From: Zancudomyces culisetae HAW-14-8
Taxonomy: Eukaryota > Fungi > Kickxellomycota
Assembly (NCBI GenBank): GCA_052426225.1
Contig: JBNJNM010000015.1
Location: 1-64,000, forward strand
Direction: 5' to 3'
DNA length: 64,000 bases
The translations under genes and the position numbers were made by a program. Positions 31,770 through 45,687 of the stretch are shown in pieces (positions within the stretch are counted from its first letter, which is position 1; the number at the start of each line of letters is the position of its first letter). The notes beneath the pieces were generated by a model that ran no database searches, had not been told where the DNA came from, and was given only the letters and a program-made list of their open reading frames with translations.

Positions 31770-32092
31770 TGTCAGGACTTGACAACTGAGTGATATTATT
31801 ATTTAATTTATGTTTGAAACTATAGTTAAAGAAAGTTGATATTTTATTGCTAAAGATCTTTATCAATAAAATCACTAAGTATTTATAGTTTTAAAACTCA
31901 CTATCAAATTCGATAATAATTTAACGACAATAAATAACTAGGCATGAAACAAAATAGCACAACTCAATATTAAATGTAATTTATTATCTAGTTGGGTGTT
32001 GGGGAATTGAAAAAAAATATTAAACAATTTCCCTTTTCCCAATATGTGGTTAATTTTGGGTTCCCCCAAAATGTCATGATTGGATCATGACA
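31770..32092 (-). repeat. 3' LTR of element 3
   Basis: TGTCA...TGACA ends, adjacent to the PPT; similar to the solo LTR at 2280-2673. Confidence 0.85.
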
Positions 32093-34304
32093 TCACCCCT
32101 CATTAAGCCTGGCTCTTGATTGTGGCTTGTCAGGATACTTGGCATGAAACTCGGATACTAGATCAGGAGCATGAACATCTTCAGCTATCTCCATGTTCGA
32201 TCCTCTGGAGGGTAACCTTTCCAGTCTATTAAATACTTGAGTTTACCTCTATGTATCTTAGTATCTAGGATTGCCGATACCTCATACTCTTCCTGATTAT
32301 CAATGATTATCGGTGGTGGTGGCAACTGGGGACGTCCAGTGTATGAGGTCAGTTTGTATGGTTTAAGTAATGAGGTATGGAACACTGGGTGTATTCTCAT
32401 TGAACTAGGTAGCTTTAGTCTGGCAGCAACAGGATTGACCATTTCTAGAATTTCAAAAGGTCCAATGTATTTGAAATCTAACTTCTGGGATGGTCTCATG
32501 GATTTGATATTAGCTTGGGACAGCCATACCTTAGACCCTGGAAGAAAAACAGTGAAACCTGAGCGTTTCTTATCTGCAAAGTGCTTATATCGTTCTTTAG
32601 CACGATCCAGTTGATCCTTGAGTTGTAACTGAATGGAGAGTAACTGTGAAGCAAACTGTGATGCACTGGGGACATTGGATTATGAGATGGAGTCGAATAC
32701 CAGTTGGGGATTGTACCCATAGTTGGCATAGAAAGGGCTAACTTTAGTGGAAGCATGAGTTGCATTGTTGTATGCGAACTCAGCCATGGGTAGCAGGTGA
32801 ATCCAATTATCCTGATGGTAGTTAACGAAGCAACGGAGATACTGTTCAAGTATCTGGTTAACTCTTTCAGTCTGACCATCTGACTGTGGATGGTCGGCTG
32901 AGGACAGATGTGATTTAATGTTTAACATGCGTAGGAGTTCCTTCCAGAACTTGGAAACAAACTGTGGACCTCTATCAGACACTATACTCTGAGGCATACC
33001 ATGTAGTTTAAAAACATGATTAATAAATTTTGTAGCAGTCTCAATAGCTGATGGTGTTGAGCAAATTGGAATAAAGTGTGCCATCTTAGTTAGACGGTCT
33101 ACCACTACCAACACTACTGTATTATCCTGGGATTTGGATAATTCGACAATGAAGTCCAGCGATACGGCCTTCCAGGGGCCTGTAGGTGTATCCAGGGGCA
33201 TCAATAGTCCTCGTGGCTTACTTAAGCTATGCTTGGCCCTGTTGCATACAGTGCAACTGTCAATGAAGTCCTGAACAAAGTCCTTCAACTTCGGCCACCA
33301 AAATTTACGTGATACGAGGCTGTGTGTTTTTGCTTGGCCGAAATGACCAGCTAATGGCGAATCGTGAAACAATTCAAGTACTTTAATGCGGAGGGGCTCT
33401 GGTACGTATATCAGGTTACTGTATCGGATGAGATCGTCTATTATTTTTATCTGTGAGCTTGGGTCTTTAGCTTTTATTCTCAATTCATTTGCCACTGTAT
33501 CGCTTTGCAAAGCGTTTTTAATAAGGATATGCAAGTCAGTGGTTTTTTCAGTGTTTATGGCATTTACAACGTGGTTCGGGCTGAGTATGTTCTCAAGTTG
33601 CATGGTTGCTACTTCCCTCTTAAGAGTCTCTCTTCGTGACAGTGCGTCTGCCTTTCCGTTCGGAATTCCTGGCCTGTATTGCAAATTGATGTCAAATCGT
33701 GATAGAAACAGCGACCATCTCGCCTGTCGCTGATTAAGAATCTTGGCCGATTTAAAATACTCCAAGTTTTTATGATCGGTGATTATTGTTACGGGATTAT
33801 TAGCACCTTCCAGATGATGTCGCCAGTGTTCCAGAGATGCCTTTATGGCTAAGAGTTTCTTATCATATATATTGTAGTTTATTTCGTTTGGAGACAAGGT
33901 GCGGGAATAGAAAGCACATGGATAGTTTTTACCGTTATGGTTCTGTGACAATACTGCACCTAAAGCTGTGTTAGAGGCGTCGCACTCTAGTATGAATGGA
34001 AGAACTGGGTTAGGGTGTTTAAGGATCGGTGCTGTTGTAAAGCATTGCTTTAGCTTATCAAATGCATTCTGTTGAGTGTGGGTCCATATTAATTGTGCCC
34101 CTTTTTTCAATAATTTAGTTATTGGAGACACTACTTTAGAAAAGTCCTGGATATAGCGTCTATAAAAATTGGCAAAGCCCAGAAATACTTGGATTTCTTT
34201 AACTGATTTTGGCGCCTTCCACTCTTTTATAGCTGTGATGCGCGATGGGTCCATCGAAATACCTGTGGCCTTGACTATGAATCCTAAGAATTCGACATGG
34301 TTCT
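31770..34304 (-). mobile_element. 5'-truncated Ty3/gypsy chromovirus (element 3): RT end, RNase H, integrase, chromodomain, PPT, 3' LTR
   Basis: ORFs 32680-34254 (FLGFANFYRRYI, ECDASNTALGA, HDSPLAGHFG, SDRGPQF, HPQSDGQTERVNQ) and 32185-32499 (chromodomain), with frameshifts between. PPT GAGGGGTGA. LTR 31770-32092 TGTCA...TGACA. Confidence 0.93.
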
Positions 34305-34870
34305 TGTTAAGACTTGAATATTTTAAGATTATTTATTTATTACTATTATATTATTTAGAAAAATATGATATTCAATAATGAATAAGATATTTTTCACTGA
34401 AGTTCTCTTTCGTTGGATTTCGAAAGGGTTTTTATACTTTTACTCCAGAGATTTTTCCATATAAAATTTTCTTAAGTAAAGTTGCTATCAAACTATAAAT
34501 TTGACTATTTAACTTATGAGTAACTGATGTGATTAACTACCGTGAGTTTAGTGTGTCAATGATTGCGTCATTCATGTTATTCTGACGATTCTTTGAATTA
34601 TTAGTTTCGGAATTCTTTCTAGGTTTCTTATTTCCTAAAATGGTCTGTGAATATTATTATAACAAATTTCATCGCGAAATTCATTTTTTACTTGACTTGG
34701 TTAGATTAATTTAATAATTTGTACTTAGTTACATTTAATTAATTTGTACTTAGTTACATTTTAGTAATTTGTATATGGTTACAATTTCATTTTCTATCCT
34801 TCTTGATTTGGTCATGGAAAATTATAATAAACATGAATTTATTTAATTTATTTTAAAACAATTCCTAACA
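34305..34870. mobile_element. Probable solo LTR at the truncation point of element 3
   Basis: TGTTA...TAACA ends, flanks GTTCT/GTTAT, and shared segments with 9424-10111. Confidence 0.55.
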
Positions 34871-37800
34871 GTTATAACCAACATGCTGTCTCTGTATCGA
34901 TAATTGACCACAGGTGTCGATTTAAATATTGGTTCTGACTTTACTGTTTGTTACCTTATTATCTGGCTTAATTATTTATTGAATTTGAGAATGTCTTCAT
35001 TATTTAAAAGTGTAATGTATACATTTAATTGTTACAGCGAGCCCTCTAATCCTGTAAAAAAGTATATTAGTATACATTTATTCTAATTTTACAACTAATT
35101 AAAGTTTTTAGATTTGCATTTATGACTTGGTTAGTTATCTATTTTTCCTATTTAGTAGATTATGATAACGCTGGAGTACTTTCAGCTTGATGTTCATGAG
35201 TATTGTTTTCTTCTAGCCTTGGTCTGCCTAATACCTATTCGTATTTCTTTCTATGGTATTGTCAAACTTTGTATCTTCGATTGTATATGTTTTTTCAATA
35301 TTTTTCTCGTTTTTTGGTATGTCGAGCAAGTTAATACGATTATCCTTTTCCACAGGGCTGTAAATTTGATTATGTGTATTTTTCCCTTTGGAATTGACAT
35401 ATTTCATATAAAACCCATTTTATAAATGTAACACTCCTTTATTCGTGACTGACTATTATACTTTCATCTGTCTTTAGCTTTTACCAAATGCTTATCCACG
35501 ACCTCATCAACCTTAGAAACATTATTCACTGTTGCCTCATTAAACTTTTTCAAGCTGAGTATAGGCAAAGGTATCTTTGGATTTAGCTTTAAGTTGTTTA
35601 CTCGACTTCGATGCTGCGTTTCTGGAATATCATTGACTTTGTAAACGCCGATACTACTTGAGCATATTTTTAAGGGTTGTACTTCAGCTAAAGTTTCTTT
35701 TTGTGCGGATTTTATAACCTCATCCTAGACTTTACATTTTATTTCAATTACACGCTTCTGAGTGTGTTATCTATTAAACTTAATAACTAACCCACCTTAG
35801 TGGCATCAAAAGTTATTTTATCACTAGCCCAGAGATGTGTAAGTTTGCTCTCGAATTCCACAATACTTTTGTAATCGTTTTGTTTTATGACTCGTGTTAT
35901 TATAATATTAACTATACAACATTGTAACAAATTTAGTAACTACATTTTTTCCAGATCATCCCAGTTATTAAAATCTTTTTTCTAAATATATACCAAAATA
36001 ATTTACTTTTACCTAAAAATAACTTTACCAATTTCACCAATATTCTTTTTTCCATTTGATTAGCTTTACGATTAATCAATAATCTTCAATTTATTCTTGA
36101 GGGTCTAAGCCCTTAAGTATTCAAATATTTTTGCTTTATTCATATGATAGTTTAGTTTTATTTTGGCTTTTACATTACTCAAATTTTTTAGCATCTAATT
36201 TAAATTATTATTTATCATTTAAATTGAATATAGATGTAAATAAAGCACTCATGCGTTTCAATAAAATATTTAATTAATAACTACTGTTGCTTGATAAAGC
36301 TTAATATCCTGTAGCTGATGCCACTTCGATCAAAACCTTATTGTTGGTTCTAAAACAGTGATATTACCATCTAACTTAATACAAGAATATGATGGATATA
36401 TAGCATTGTTAATATCATTATCAATATTATATATTATTTTTTGTAATATATCTTATTATGTTTAATTATACTTCTTCAAATATTAATAATGTAAGGGTAC
36501 AAAAGTTCTAATGTTGTATGTTCTTTTTATTTATTTAACACATTTTACAATGAAGCGGGAGAGTTCCTCATACATTTAATAAATCTAATAAACAGTAATA
36601 TTTGCTTCTACAAGATAGAAAACAATTATCTGCAGTATATTATATAAAATTATTTGTATATCGATAATAATATCAAGTTGGTTAAAAAATTTATAATAAA
36701 ATGTTTTAAATAGATATTTACTACCAAATTAATTGTGACCTTCCATCGTTTACTCGCTATACGACACTTAAGAACATTAATAAACCTAAACATCTGTTAT
36801 TTAATTTACAGACTACATTAAATCTACTTTTACATAAAAACTTAGATTTTGACTTTAAACTCCATGATCTACGCCTATCATTGAAGAAAGAAGTCTTATG
36901 GACTCAAATCTTCTATGATCTCAGACAAATTGACATCCAAGCTCCATTTTCTGCTAGATATCTATGTATTTATGCTTTCAAGTGTAATAAATGGATTGTT
37001 AGTCGATGACCACTTCCTCTTCCTACTATGACAATTTTACTGCCAATAACCCAAGATGCAACACATTGGGCTTTTAATCAACACAACTATATATTTCGAG
37101 GAATGTTTTGGACTACCACCTTGCAGTTTCTGCTTTTTAGGGATAAGTCTCCCAGATATTTAATAAACTTACTATTCTCAAGTAACACTGAAGATATTTA
37201 AATTTGAAATAGTTTATTTAATGATTTTTAATATATTTAAACAAGTGATAACTTATCAGGGATAAGTAAACGAATAGATTAATATTTAGACTTACAAATT
37301 ATTTCGGAAGGCGAAGAGAGTCAGAAGACCAGATAATTAGGTTGTACAATTGCAACAGAGGTTGGCACAAATATCAAAGTTGTCAACTCACAGTGTCATT
37401 GATTGTCTGGTATAGTTTTCGAATCGTTTACTGATTAATTCAACAGTCGCCAACCATTATTAGATTTGGTCTTCAATCGAAAAGATTTACTCGATCCTCG
37501 ACTGAATTTATTTTCCACTCATTCGTACAAACGGTCTGATTTCAGTTTGCTCTACAATCTTCTCTAAGATTACCATCGATCCCAACTCAATTTGCCTTCG
37601 TGTATTCCTTGTTGTAAGATTGTGAAGGAATTACAGAAGAATATTTTTTATTTCTTAATATTTAATTAAGTACACTCTGAAGGCAAGGTAAGCGTATCTT
37701 TCAAACGAAATTCAGTTATAATCTGCTTAATTTTTATGTAAAGCTATAAATGAAAGAGTAGAACTATACGCTTAATACCCACCTTCCACTTCCATGTACC

Positions 37801-38600
37801 ACTAAAAATTCAGCTTCTAGTCAGTTGAAATTGATGATAATCCAGCAGCTTGACTTTGTATGGTGTCGATTTAGAAATGTGTACTCTAAGCAATTTATTT
37901 TGTAAAAAAATTTATTCCACTATCAAATGCCAAAAATTAAAAAAATTTTGGGTCATTTTATTGGGTATTTATGCAAGATTTAAAATGGTACACACACATC
38001 AAGCATTTTTTTACCACATTGTGCAATTATAATAGGTATTCATATATTTAAAGAATCCATAAATGTGTCACTCCAACAATTTATAAATCTTCAGCAATTT
38101 CCCAATCCATCAATTCTCTATCAAACCTACTAGGTAAAAAAATATAATATCAACTTCCGACAAAACGGATTCTTACCTTTTTAAAAAAAGATTACAATTT
38201 TTCTAATATACAAACTCGATGAACAGATTTTTCATTTAGTTACATTTTCTTGATTAGTGTTTCTTTCAATTTGATTTATTCTGTTTTTGGTAATTTATAA
38301 TAACTAAAAAAAAAAGATTATCATCACAAGTCATGGCTAGCAAATGAATAAGCCACTACCAACTTTTGAATGACCTCAATGCTAATAGTTGCGACTTTTT
38401 TTGGTTGATTAAAGTTAATAAATAAACACTTGTAATACCATGCTGACATGTCCACTTTTTTTTTCATGGAACCATGAAGATGAGATTTCTTTGGTGTCGG
38501 TGTGTCAAGCCATAAGCAAATTAAGGAAAAAAGACCTATCAAAACCTCCATAACTTTTATGAAGGGTATGTTTGTCAAATAACATTCATTTTGGTGCGAA
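34871..38600. mobile_element. Highly decayed retroelement relics
   Basis: Scattered weak motifs only: protease-like IDTCGQLSI (minus, ~34890-34925), RT-like remnant (~36950-37120), zinc-knuckle-like LYNCNRGWHKYQSC (+, ~37340-37385). Boundaries uncertain. Confidence 0.35.
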
Positions 38601-38890
38601 ATTTTTTTTTACTAGTAAATTGATTGAGTCGTATACACAGATCCAGAACAAAATGCAATCAATTATAAATATACCAATTTGAAACGCTTTTGTTAAACTC
38701 TCCGCTATAAATACTTAGTTCAGAATAACACCGTAGGATTTTTTTTTAAAGAAATGAGAATCCTGAAGCAGTTACTTTCTATCTAATATTTTGATAAATT
38801 ACTTTTTAAACTTGGCAATACTTGAGTATTCTAGCAGTCTATAATAATACGTTGCGAAACCAGAACTACAGTTATAATATAGTAAGACCA

Positions 38891-41035
38891 ATGGCTCCAG
38901 AAAAACCAATGATCCGGAAGAGTAGGATGATGACGATCAACAAGGTCACAAGCCTTGTTGCTAGCGTAGAGACCAAGGCTATAGAGATACATACCACTTT
39001 ATGCAACAGTAAACGATTTAAACTGGACAGCAGTAGTTCAAGAGTTAATTTTGATAAGATTTACGAGGAAATATACGAATATGTGCTGATAAAAAAAATA
39101 GATAACAGAAATTTTAGTTATGAAGCCTACTACGATGAAATCATAAAAACACACATGATAAATCTGGTGAACTTCATGGTAGAAACCACAAAGATTTGTA
39201 TTTTTGCAACACCAAATCTGGTGATACCCGTTAGAGTACCCATGCTGATAGAAAATATAAAAAATTTGAGACTTCCTAGATACATGATTTACACAATATT
39301 GATTCTTGGAACACAACTACTGCCAGAATCCAGAGTAACAAGATTTCTGAGCGCTAAAAAAGTGGGAGAAATGGTAAACTACGTCTGCAAAGTGCTTGAA
39401 AATAGAAAAAGTAAATTCAAAATGAATCACTTGTGGTGTCTCCAAGCTTTGCTTGAACATAAAACCTGTAATAGGTTTAGCCATGCTGCACATATAGATC
39501 AAATGAAATGTTACAGCGCATGTATCATGCTTGGATTGCATAAAGTTGATTCAAGTGCTTATTTAGGGCTAAAGCAGTCCAAGCAGAAACAGGATGAAAT
39601 GGAGTTTAAGCGGAGGATGTTTTGGATGGTATATCTAAACAACAGCATTCTAGCAGGAATTGTTAAACATACTATTTATGGTGGGTTTTTTAATAGCGCT
39701 AATAAACTCCCAAAAAACGACTATGAATGGAGAAACGGAATTGAATACAAAACGTCAACACATTTACTAGTGGAAAATAGACAATTAATCAGGACCAGCG
39801 AAAGCAGAAGAGTGAACTCGGATATAACAAAAATGAAATGTATAGTATTTGGTGTATATAACAAAATTTGTGCTTTTCGAAACCGAAGGAGCTATATGAT
39901 TAAACGAGACTATCAACTCGATTTTAAAAGGTACACGAATCTTTCAAAGCAACTGAATAATATTTTAAAGATGCTCGGAAGATATACATTTGACACACTT
40001 CAAAAACTTCAGTTATGTGAGAACGCAAACTTTCTTATAATCGATGAAGCCACTGTCAAAAATCTGATATTCCAGCTGTGGAGCTTGCGCCTTGCTTTGA
40101 TAAATGCAGCCGTCCATTTGTGTATGACTGAGATATTATTTCTAGAACGTTTTTATGATGAACCCTGGCGCGTACAAGTGGCAAAGATGCTATGTATTGA
40201 CTACTCTCTTGAAGGTATAAGGGTTTTGAAATGGGGTTATGCTAATATTCCAACACTATGTATGGATTTTTATATTCCTTATATGGTTTCTTGGATATTA
40301 CTAACACTCACCAATGCAGCTTACATTACAGATCATCCATATTACACAAAAATTGTTGATGGCAGAAATATTATTCAAATGGTATTACAAAAATTCGAAC
40401 CAAAGTTTCCAAATAGAGGGATACTCCAAGAATTTTTTACGCAAATAAGTAAAATAAAACAGCATTGTTACAACACCAACAGAATGGTTAGACCTGTGCC
40501 CAGCATTATTTTAAACAGTGCAATAACTGAGGAAGATGTGAATCCTTGGATTACTTTAGGTCATCATTCAACTGTGGGAAGCAGGTGTTGTCTTTCATCA
40601 AATAACACTGCCGTTTTACGTGTATTATCGCTGAAATACTATATGGATTATCCTAGTACACCTGTAGATTATGGCGATCACGAGAATTATACGAATTTAG
40701 TGCAATCAGTCAACATTTCTTTGGATTTTGCTTATCGAAAACCCACTCTTGACTTGAGAAAGAAAGGCCAGGACAAACACAAACTATCAAATAACACCAA
40801 AATCTTATTAGGGCGATGTGACAATATTGGCACGAATAACTTTCATACTCTAAATATTTGTAAACCACCAGATTATTATTCATGGTCAATGCGAAGTACT
40901 AGAGCGTCAATCAAATCGTTATTTAAACTGTTAATTCTTGGGTATGAGGTATCCGGATGTGAAATGGGCTATACTTTGTATCAATCAACACAAAAACGTT
41001 TACTTTCAAACGATTATGACGCGTGCTCAGTGTAA
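38891..41035 (+). CDS. Fungal-specific transcription-factor middle-homology-region (Fungal_trans-like) protein, divergent
   Basis: Long intronless ORF (first ATG 38891) with MLGLHKVD...EMEFKRRMFWMVY...KLPKNDYEW, matching the LGLH / ExRRRxFW / LP pattern. No Zn2Cys6 cluster in the ORF. Confidence 0.72.
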   Translation: MAPEKPMIRKSRMMTINKVTSLVASVETKAIEIHTTLCNSKRFKLDSSSSRVNFDKIYEEIYEYVLIKKIDNRNFSYEAYYDEIIKTHMINLVNFMVETTKICIFATPNLVIPVRVPMLIENIKNLRLPRYMIYTILILGTQLLPESRVTRFLSAKKVGEMVNYVCKVLENRKSKFKMNHLWCLQALLEHKTCNRFSHAAHIDQMKCYSACIMLGLHKVDSSAYLGLKQSKQKQDEMEFKRRMFWMVYLNNSILAGIVKHTIYGGFFNSANKLPKNDYEWRNGIEYKTSTHLLVENRQLIRTSESRRVNSDITKMKCIVFGVYNKICAFRNRRSYMIKRDYQLDFKRYTNLSKQLNNILKMLGRYTFDTLQKLQLCENANFLIIDEATVKNLIFQLWSLRLALINAAVHLCMTEILFLERFYDEPWRVQVAKMLCIDYSLEGIRVLKWGYANIPTLCMDFYIPYMVSWILLTLTNAAYITDHPYYTKIVDGRNIIQMVLQKFEPKFPNRGILQEFFTQISKIKQHCYNTNRMVRPVPSIILNSAITEEDVNPWITLGHHSTVGSRCCLSSNNTAVLRVLSLKYYMDYPSTPVDYGDHENYTNLVQSVNISLDFAYRKPTLDLRKKGQDKHKLSNNTKILLGRCDNIGTNNFHTLNICKPPDYYSWSMRSTRASIKSLFKLLILGYEVSGCEMGYTLYQSTQKRLLSNDYDACSV

Positions 41036-44000
41036 TTAGTGAATGATGTCATGTTTGTTTTAATAACAAGTAGCGGATATTATTTATTTAATTTTATAGC
41101 ATATGAAGGTAGTACTTTTGGTTGAGATAAATTTTATTATAAGGTATTGATAAATGGATTGTTAAATAATTTGAAACTAAGATCCCAAACATCTTCATAC
41201 GATGCTGAGTACTACTGATCGATGGGCAGTAGGCAATTGTTGTTTTAAATTCGCCATTAAAGTATATTTTGAATAATATTTTCAAATTTTAGCTTGGAAA
41301 AATTGTAGTAATGAATTTTCACTGTTTTAAAACAAAAGCACTACTGGTATAATTCACAATCGAGCTATCAAATAAACACTACAAAAAAACAACCCTACAA
41401 AATATCTACCTGAAAAATCACCCTTATACCACTCTATAAACTTTGTACCCACCATATTCCGATTGAAAGTATCACAGAAACAAATAAAACAGTAGTAAAT
41501 TACAATCCCATCATACATTGTAACTCGTTTCAGGTTATAGAAAGCATTAACAAAACAATTATTATTACTCTAGCTATTTTTAATATGTAAACCAAAACTC
41601 AACTTTCAACAGAGTCAGAAATGTATCAGCGCACAAAATTAAATAGGGCAACCTGATAAGCAAAAAAAAAATTAGTAAAAGGAAGCTGGCTGATTATTAT
41701 TGTTTTAAAAAGTATTGGCAAGTTAAAAATAATATGACTTTACAGAGAGTGTTCAGGTGCTCACATATAATATACAATCCGATATGAAACCAAAGAATTA
41801 CATCAAACCTAGAAATTAAAGTGAATAACTTTGTAATATTCTCAACTTTTTATGCTTTCTAATCCTCACAACACCCTTTCCAAACGTCTAGTTAGTAAAT
41901 GAAATAATTACTCGTACAGAGTAAACTACATTGAACAAACATTTCAATATAAATACCAGGTATGGACTTTATCACCAGTTAATTTTATAGACACTTGAGT
42001 ACTGAGTCCCATTTAAATTGCAAATCCTTGTAAAACCAGCACCAGCAACAATAGATACTTTTTATTTTTCATTTTACGTAATTAAACCCGAGAAATTAAT
42101 CACATGTACATTAATATTATTCAAAGTATAAATAGTGCAATCCATCAGTTGAATTAACCATATATTCTCATCTATACCAGATGATATGGCATTTGGTTAA
42201 AACTAATCCAAGTAAATACGAATTTTTAATAATATTAACATAACACTGATCAATATTCTGTGTTAATATTGAAATAAGAACAGGCAAATGTTAAGAACTA
42301 GATAACATTGATGTAAACAGCACAATGCAAGAAATTGATAAAGAATTTGGCGAGCACTGGCACTTATTATCGAAATTTTGGAACTTGATGTCAAACTAAA
42401 TCCATTCTAATCAAATTAAAAAAGTCTAACTTTTTGGATGAAGGAAACAAGGTATGGTGATATATGTATTCTATTCATCATTTTTGTGTAGATATATACC
42501 TAAAATGTGCAAAACTTGTAAAAACAACTCTTTAAAAAACTCAAAGCGTTTATTTAATAGCTAATAGTTTGAGGTGCTCTATATAAGCAGATATTAATGA
42601 GATGAAAAGAAACAAACTCAGAAAAAATAAAACAGATTTATAAAAATCCATTCGGTATTTCCATTCTAGTAATAATTAAGAAAAACTAATATGTAATGAA
42701 GATAAACACAATTAACAGCCATTTATACTTTGCATTCATAAACTCTTGAGTATTAGCTAAACGATCTAAAAAAAAGAAAACCATATCATTTAATAACCCC
42801 TACAAACGAGAAGCATCAAGGTTATTCCGCAAACAGGCTGATGATCAACCATAATCATCCCTGACTTTATAGCTGATTATTTGCCTATTTTTTGTACCAA
42901 GTCTCAAAATTTATAGTAGCTGTCACACAATAAACCCAACTACAGTTCTAGAATTGACAATGCCAAGAGTCGTGACAATAGATGGATCCACATCTACTAC
43001 CTCCTCAGCACCAACCACACCCACTCCTGTCTCAATTTTGAGTCAATTATTTTGTATTGAACTATCTTGGAGTACCAATAGTGCCCACTTTAAACAAATT
43101 CAGCGCTATACAACATACCGCAATCGACAACTAGAATATGTTAAATCTAAGTGTTTATAGAAAAATTGATTGCAGCGACTTAAATTAACCGCTCTCCTAA
43201 GTATTATTTCAGTTTTATAAAGATACATATTTGATTTATATTCCCAACACAATTTTAATTGTTTTTAGTAAATGCATAATATATTCACACTACATTGATG
43301 TAAAAATACATATTGCATATAGCCACATCTATTTCCAAAAAAAATATTTATGGATTGTTTTAGCTGTTGTTATGCCTATAAGCTCTAGACATATACTGTG
43401 GTAAAATAGCTATTTACTAATATTTATACAATATTTATAAATTGTACCCACTAACAAAGTGTTGTGGCTATGACATTTATTATTCTTTATTTTGATAAAT
43501 ACGCTTTACTCTTTCTGCTATTGCTGTCTTTTTGGTTCGATTTTTTAATGAAAGATAGCTGGAATATAGATTCTGATTTACATCACATGTTTCCAACTAA
43601 GCTAAACTACCCAACAATAAAACTATACACAAACTTGGATACATTATATTTAGCTGTATAATAATGTTTATTTGTGCATTAATATACACCAAGATTCACT
43701 AGTGCAATCTAAAAAGATATTTATGCTTACCTAGTATGATAAAATTTGAAACGCTGCTTCATTCTCACTATTTTACTTATTTTAGACAATTTGTAATCAT
43801 TGGGAAGAGGTGATCTTATGGTCATTTACATTAGGTTAATCACAGTATTTTTATTATTTTCCGTCTACAACAATTATTTCTCACTATAAAAAAGAAGGGT
43901 GAAAGTAAAGAATATTAAGTTCATTAATTTAATAGGATCGGGTCTGCTCTATTTGGTTTAGATAATTTTAAACAATTTCTAAGAATAGATTGACTTTAAA

Positions 44001-44699
44001 TACTATTTTTAGTTCAATTTAATTTGTTCACTAAACCACCGTTAAATCGATAATTATTTGCTCTGGTTAAATATCAGTAGGATGAATTAGATTACCAATA
44101 ATCCATAACTGGTTGTAGCACGGGTATGATTATACTTTGGTATTTGTGAATCAAAAGTCAAAATAAAATAAAATATAGACCTTGGTTTGTGTTATGTAAG
44201 AATTACAAAATACCTCTAGCGTATTTGTTAAGCTCGCGTTTTACTTTACCATAAATCAAGTAAACACAATTATCGAACACAAATTAATATTGTTTGCTCT
44301 TTGTGTTCTAACACTTACTACAAAATATTATTTTTTTCAAATAGAGTTAAGGTTAGGGTATATTACAAAACCTGATTCTCTAAAATTACACATGCTTTCT
44401 AAATTTAGCCCTATATTCAATACCAATATTTTTTACGGTTCTAAAATTAGGATTATTACTAGCACTTTATAATTGATATAGGATACCCGTGAATTGTGTT
44501 TAAAGAGTAAAGTAGATTAAAAATGAGAATAGAAAAAGTATAAAATGGGTCAAGATGTCACTGTCAAAAAAAAATTATCAACAGTTGAAGATTCTTCAAG
44601 TGACAATTTAAAGCATAATCATAATCATAATCATTTGTATTAAAATATTGCATTAGCAATCAGCTACACATAACGCTCATTTTAAACTAGATATCAAAA

Positions 44700-45104
44700 A
44701 TGGTAAAATCAACACTCGCACTCTTCACAGCCGCAGTTGCCACAGTATCAGTAAATGCTGCATCCGCTCCAAGACCAAGAGCAAATGTCGGACCTATGCA
44801 ACCACCAATGGAACAGGTCCAGGACTTTGGAAGATATGCACCACCATCTCGCCCTGCCTTTAACAACCGCTTTGCCGCTCCAGCCTACCGCAAGCGTGCT
44901 GACGAGGAGGAGGAAGTTGCACCAGCTGACGACGATTCTGCTCAAACTGTTGATCCTTCAGCAGAAGGTGGTGATGCAGGAAATGGAACCGATGACCGTT
45001 GGTGGTACGGATACTACGGCTACCCATACTATGGCGGATACTACGGATATCCATCGTATGGTTACGGTTACAGATACCCATACTATGGTGGATACTACTA
45101 CTAA
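44700..45104 (+). CDS. Small secreted Gly/Tyr-rich preproprotein
   Basis: Signal peptide, RKR dibasic site, acidic spacer, and a C-terminal 34 aa containing 18 Tyr. GC-rich relative to flanks; TATAAAA ~160 bp upstream. Confidence 0.88.
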   Translation: MVKSTLALFTAAVATVSVNAASAPRPRANVGPMQPPMEQVQDFGRYAPPSRPAFNNRFAAPAYRKRADEEEEVAPADDDSAQTVDPSAEGGDAGNGTDDRWWYGYYGYPYYGGYYGYPSYGYGYRYPYYGGYYY

Positions 45105-45687
45105 CTTGCCAGTCTTTAAAACTTTATTGGTTTTAGTCGTTACTTTAACTAATTCTAAGGGTCTTTATATATTATTTAAATAAATATATATCGAACAATA
45201 TACATGAAGATACATAAGTTGCTGCATGAATCGATTATAAATTTAGAATTTACTACTAGATAGCAATTAAATTACCAGTATTCAATTTATTCCGTTTATT
45301 AAATTAGTAATATTATCATTGGTAAAGTACACATAGTTTATTAAGATAATTGGCTTTGATCTACCTAAGGCAGAAAATACATCATCTGATCAATTACCAG
45401 TGAGTATGCTGTCTCTAGAGTTGCGGGAACAGACTTTTCATACTATGTTTTAAGAAATTTTTTACCTACTATCTTTTTAATATTTGTGTACTTGTTGTGA
45501 CATTAAATTATACTATCAACTAAAATATACGTAAATACTAAAAGTTATGGATCATTTTGGTTTCGCTTTAAAGTAGAATATTGTAATTTATTTATGCAAA
45601 GATTGGATACTTTAATTAATCTCAGCTTTTTAAGGCTAGAAAAATGATATTACAGTCTACTAAACTTGACTCTAAGGTGATTTATTA

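Noticed and set aside
44347-44358. Internal TTAAGG-TTAGGG telomere-like motif
   Set aside because: Only one perfect unit; expected by chance.
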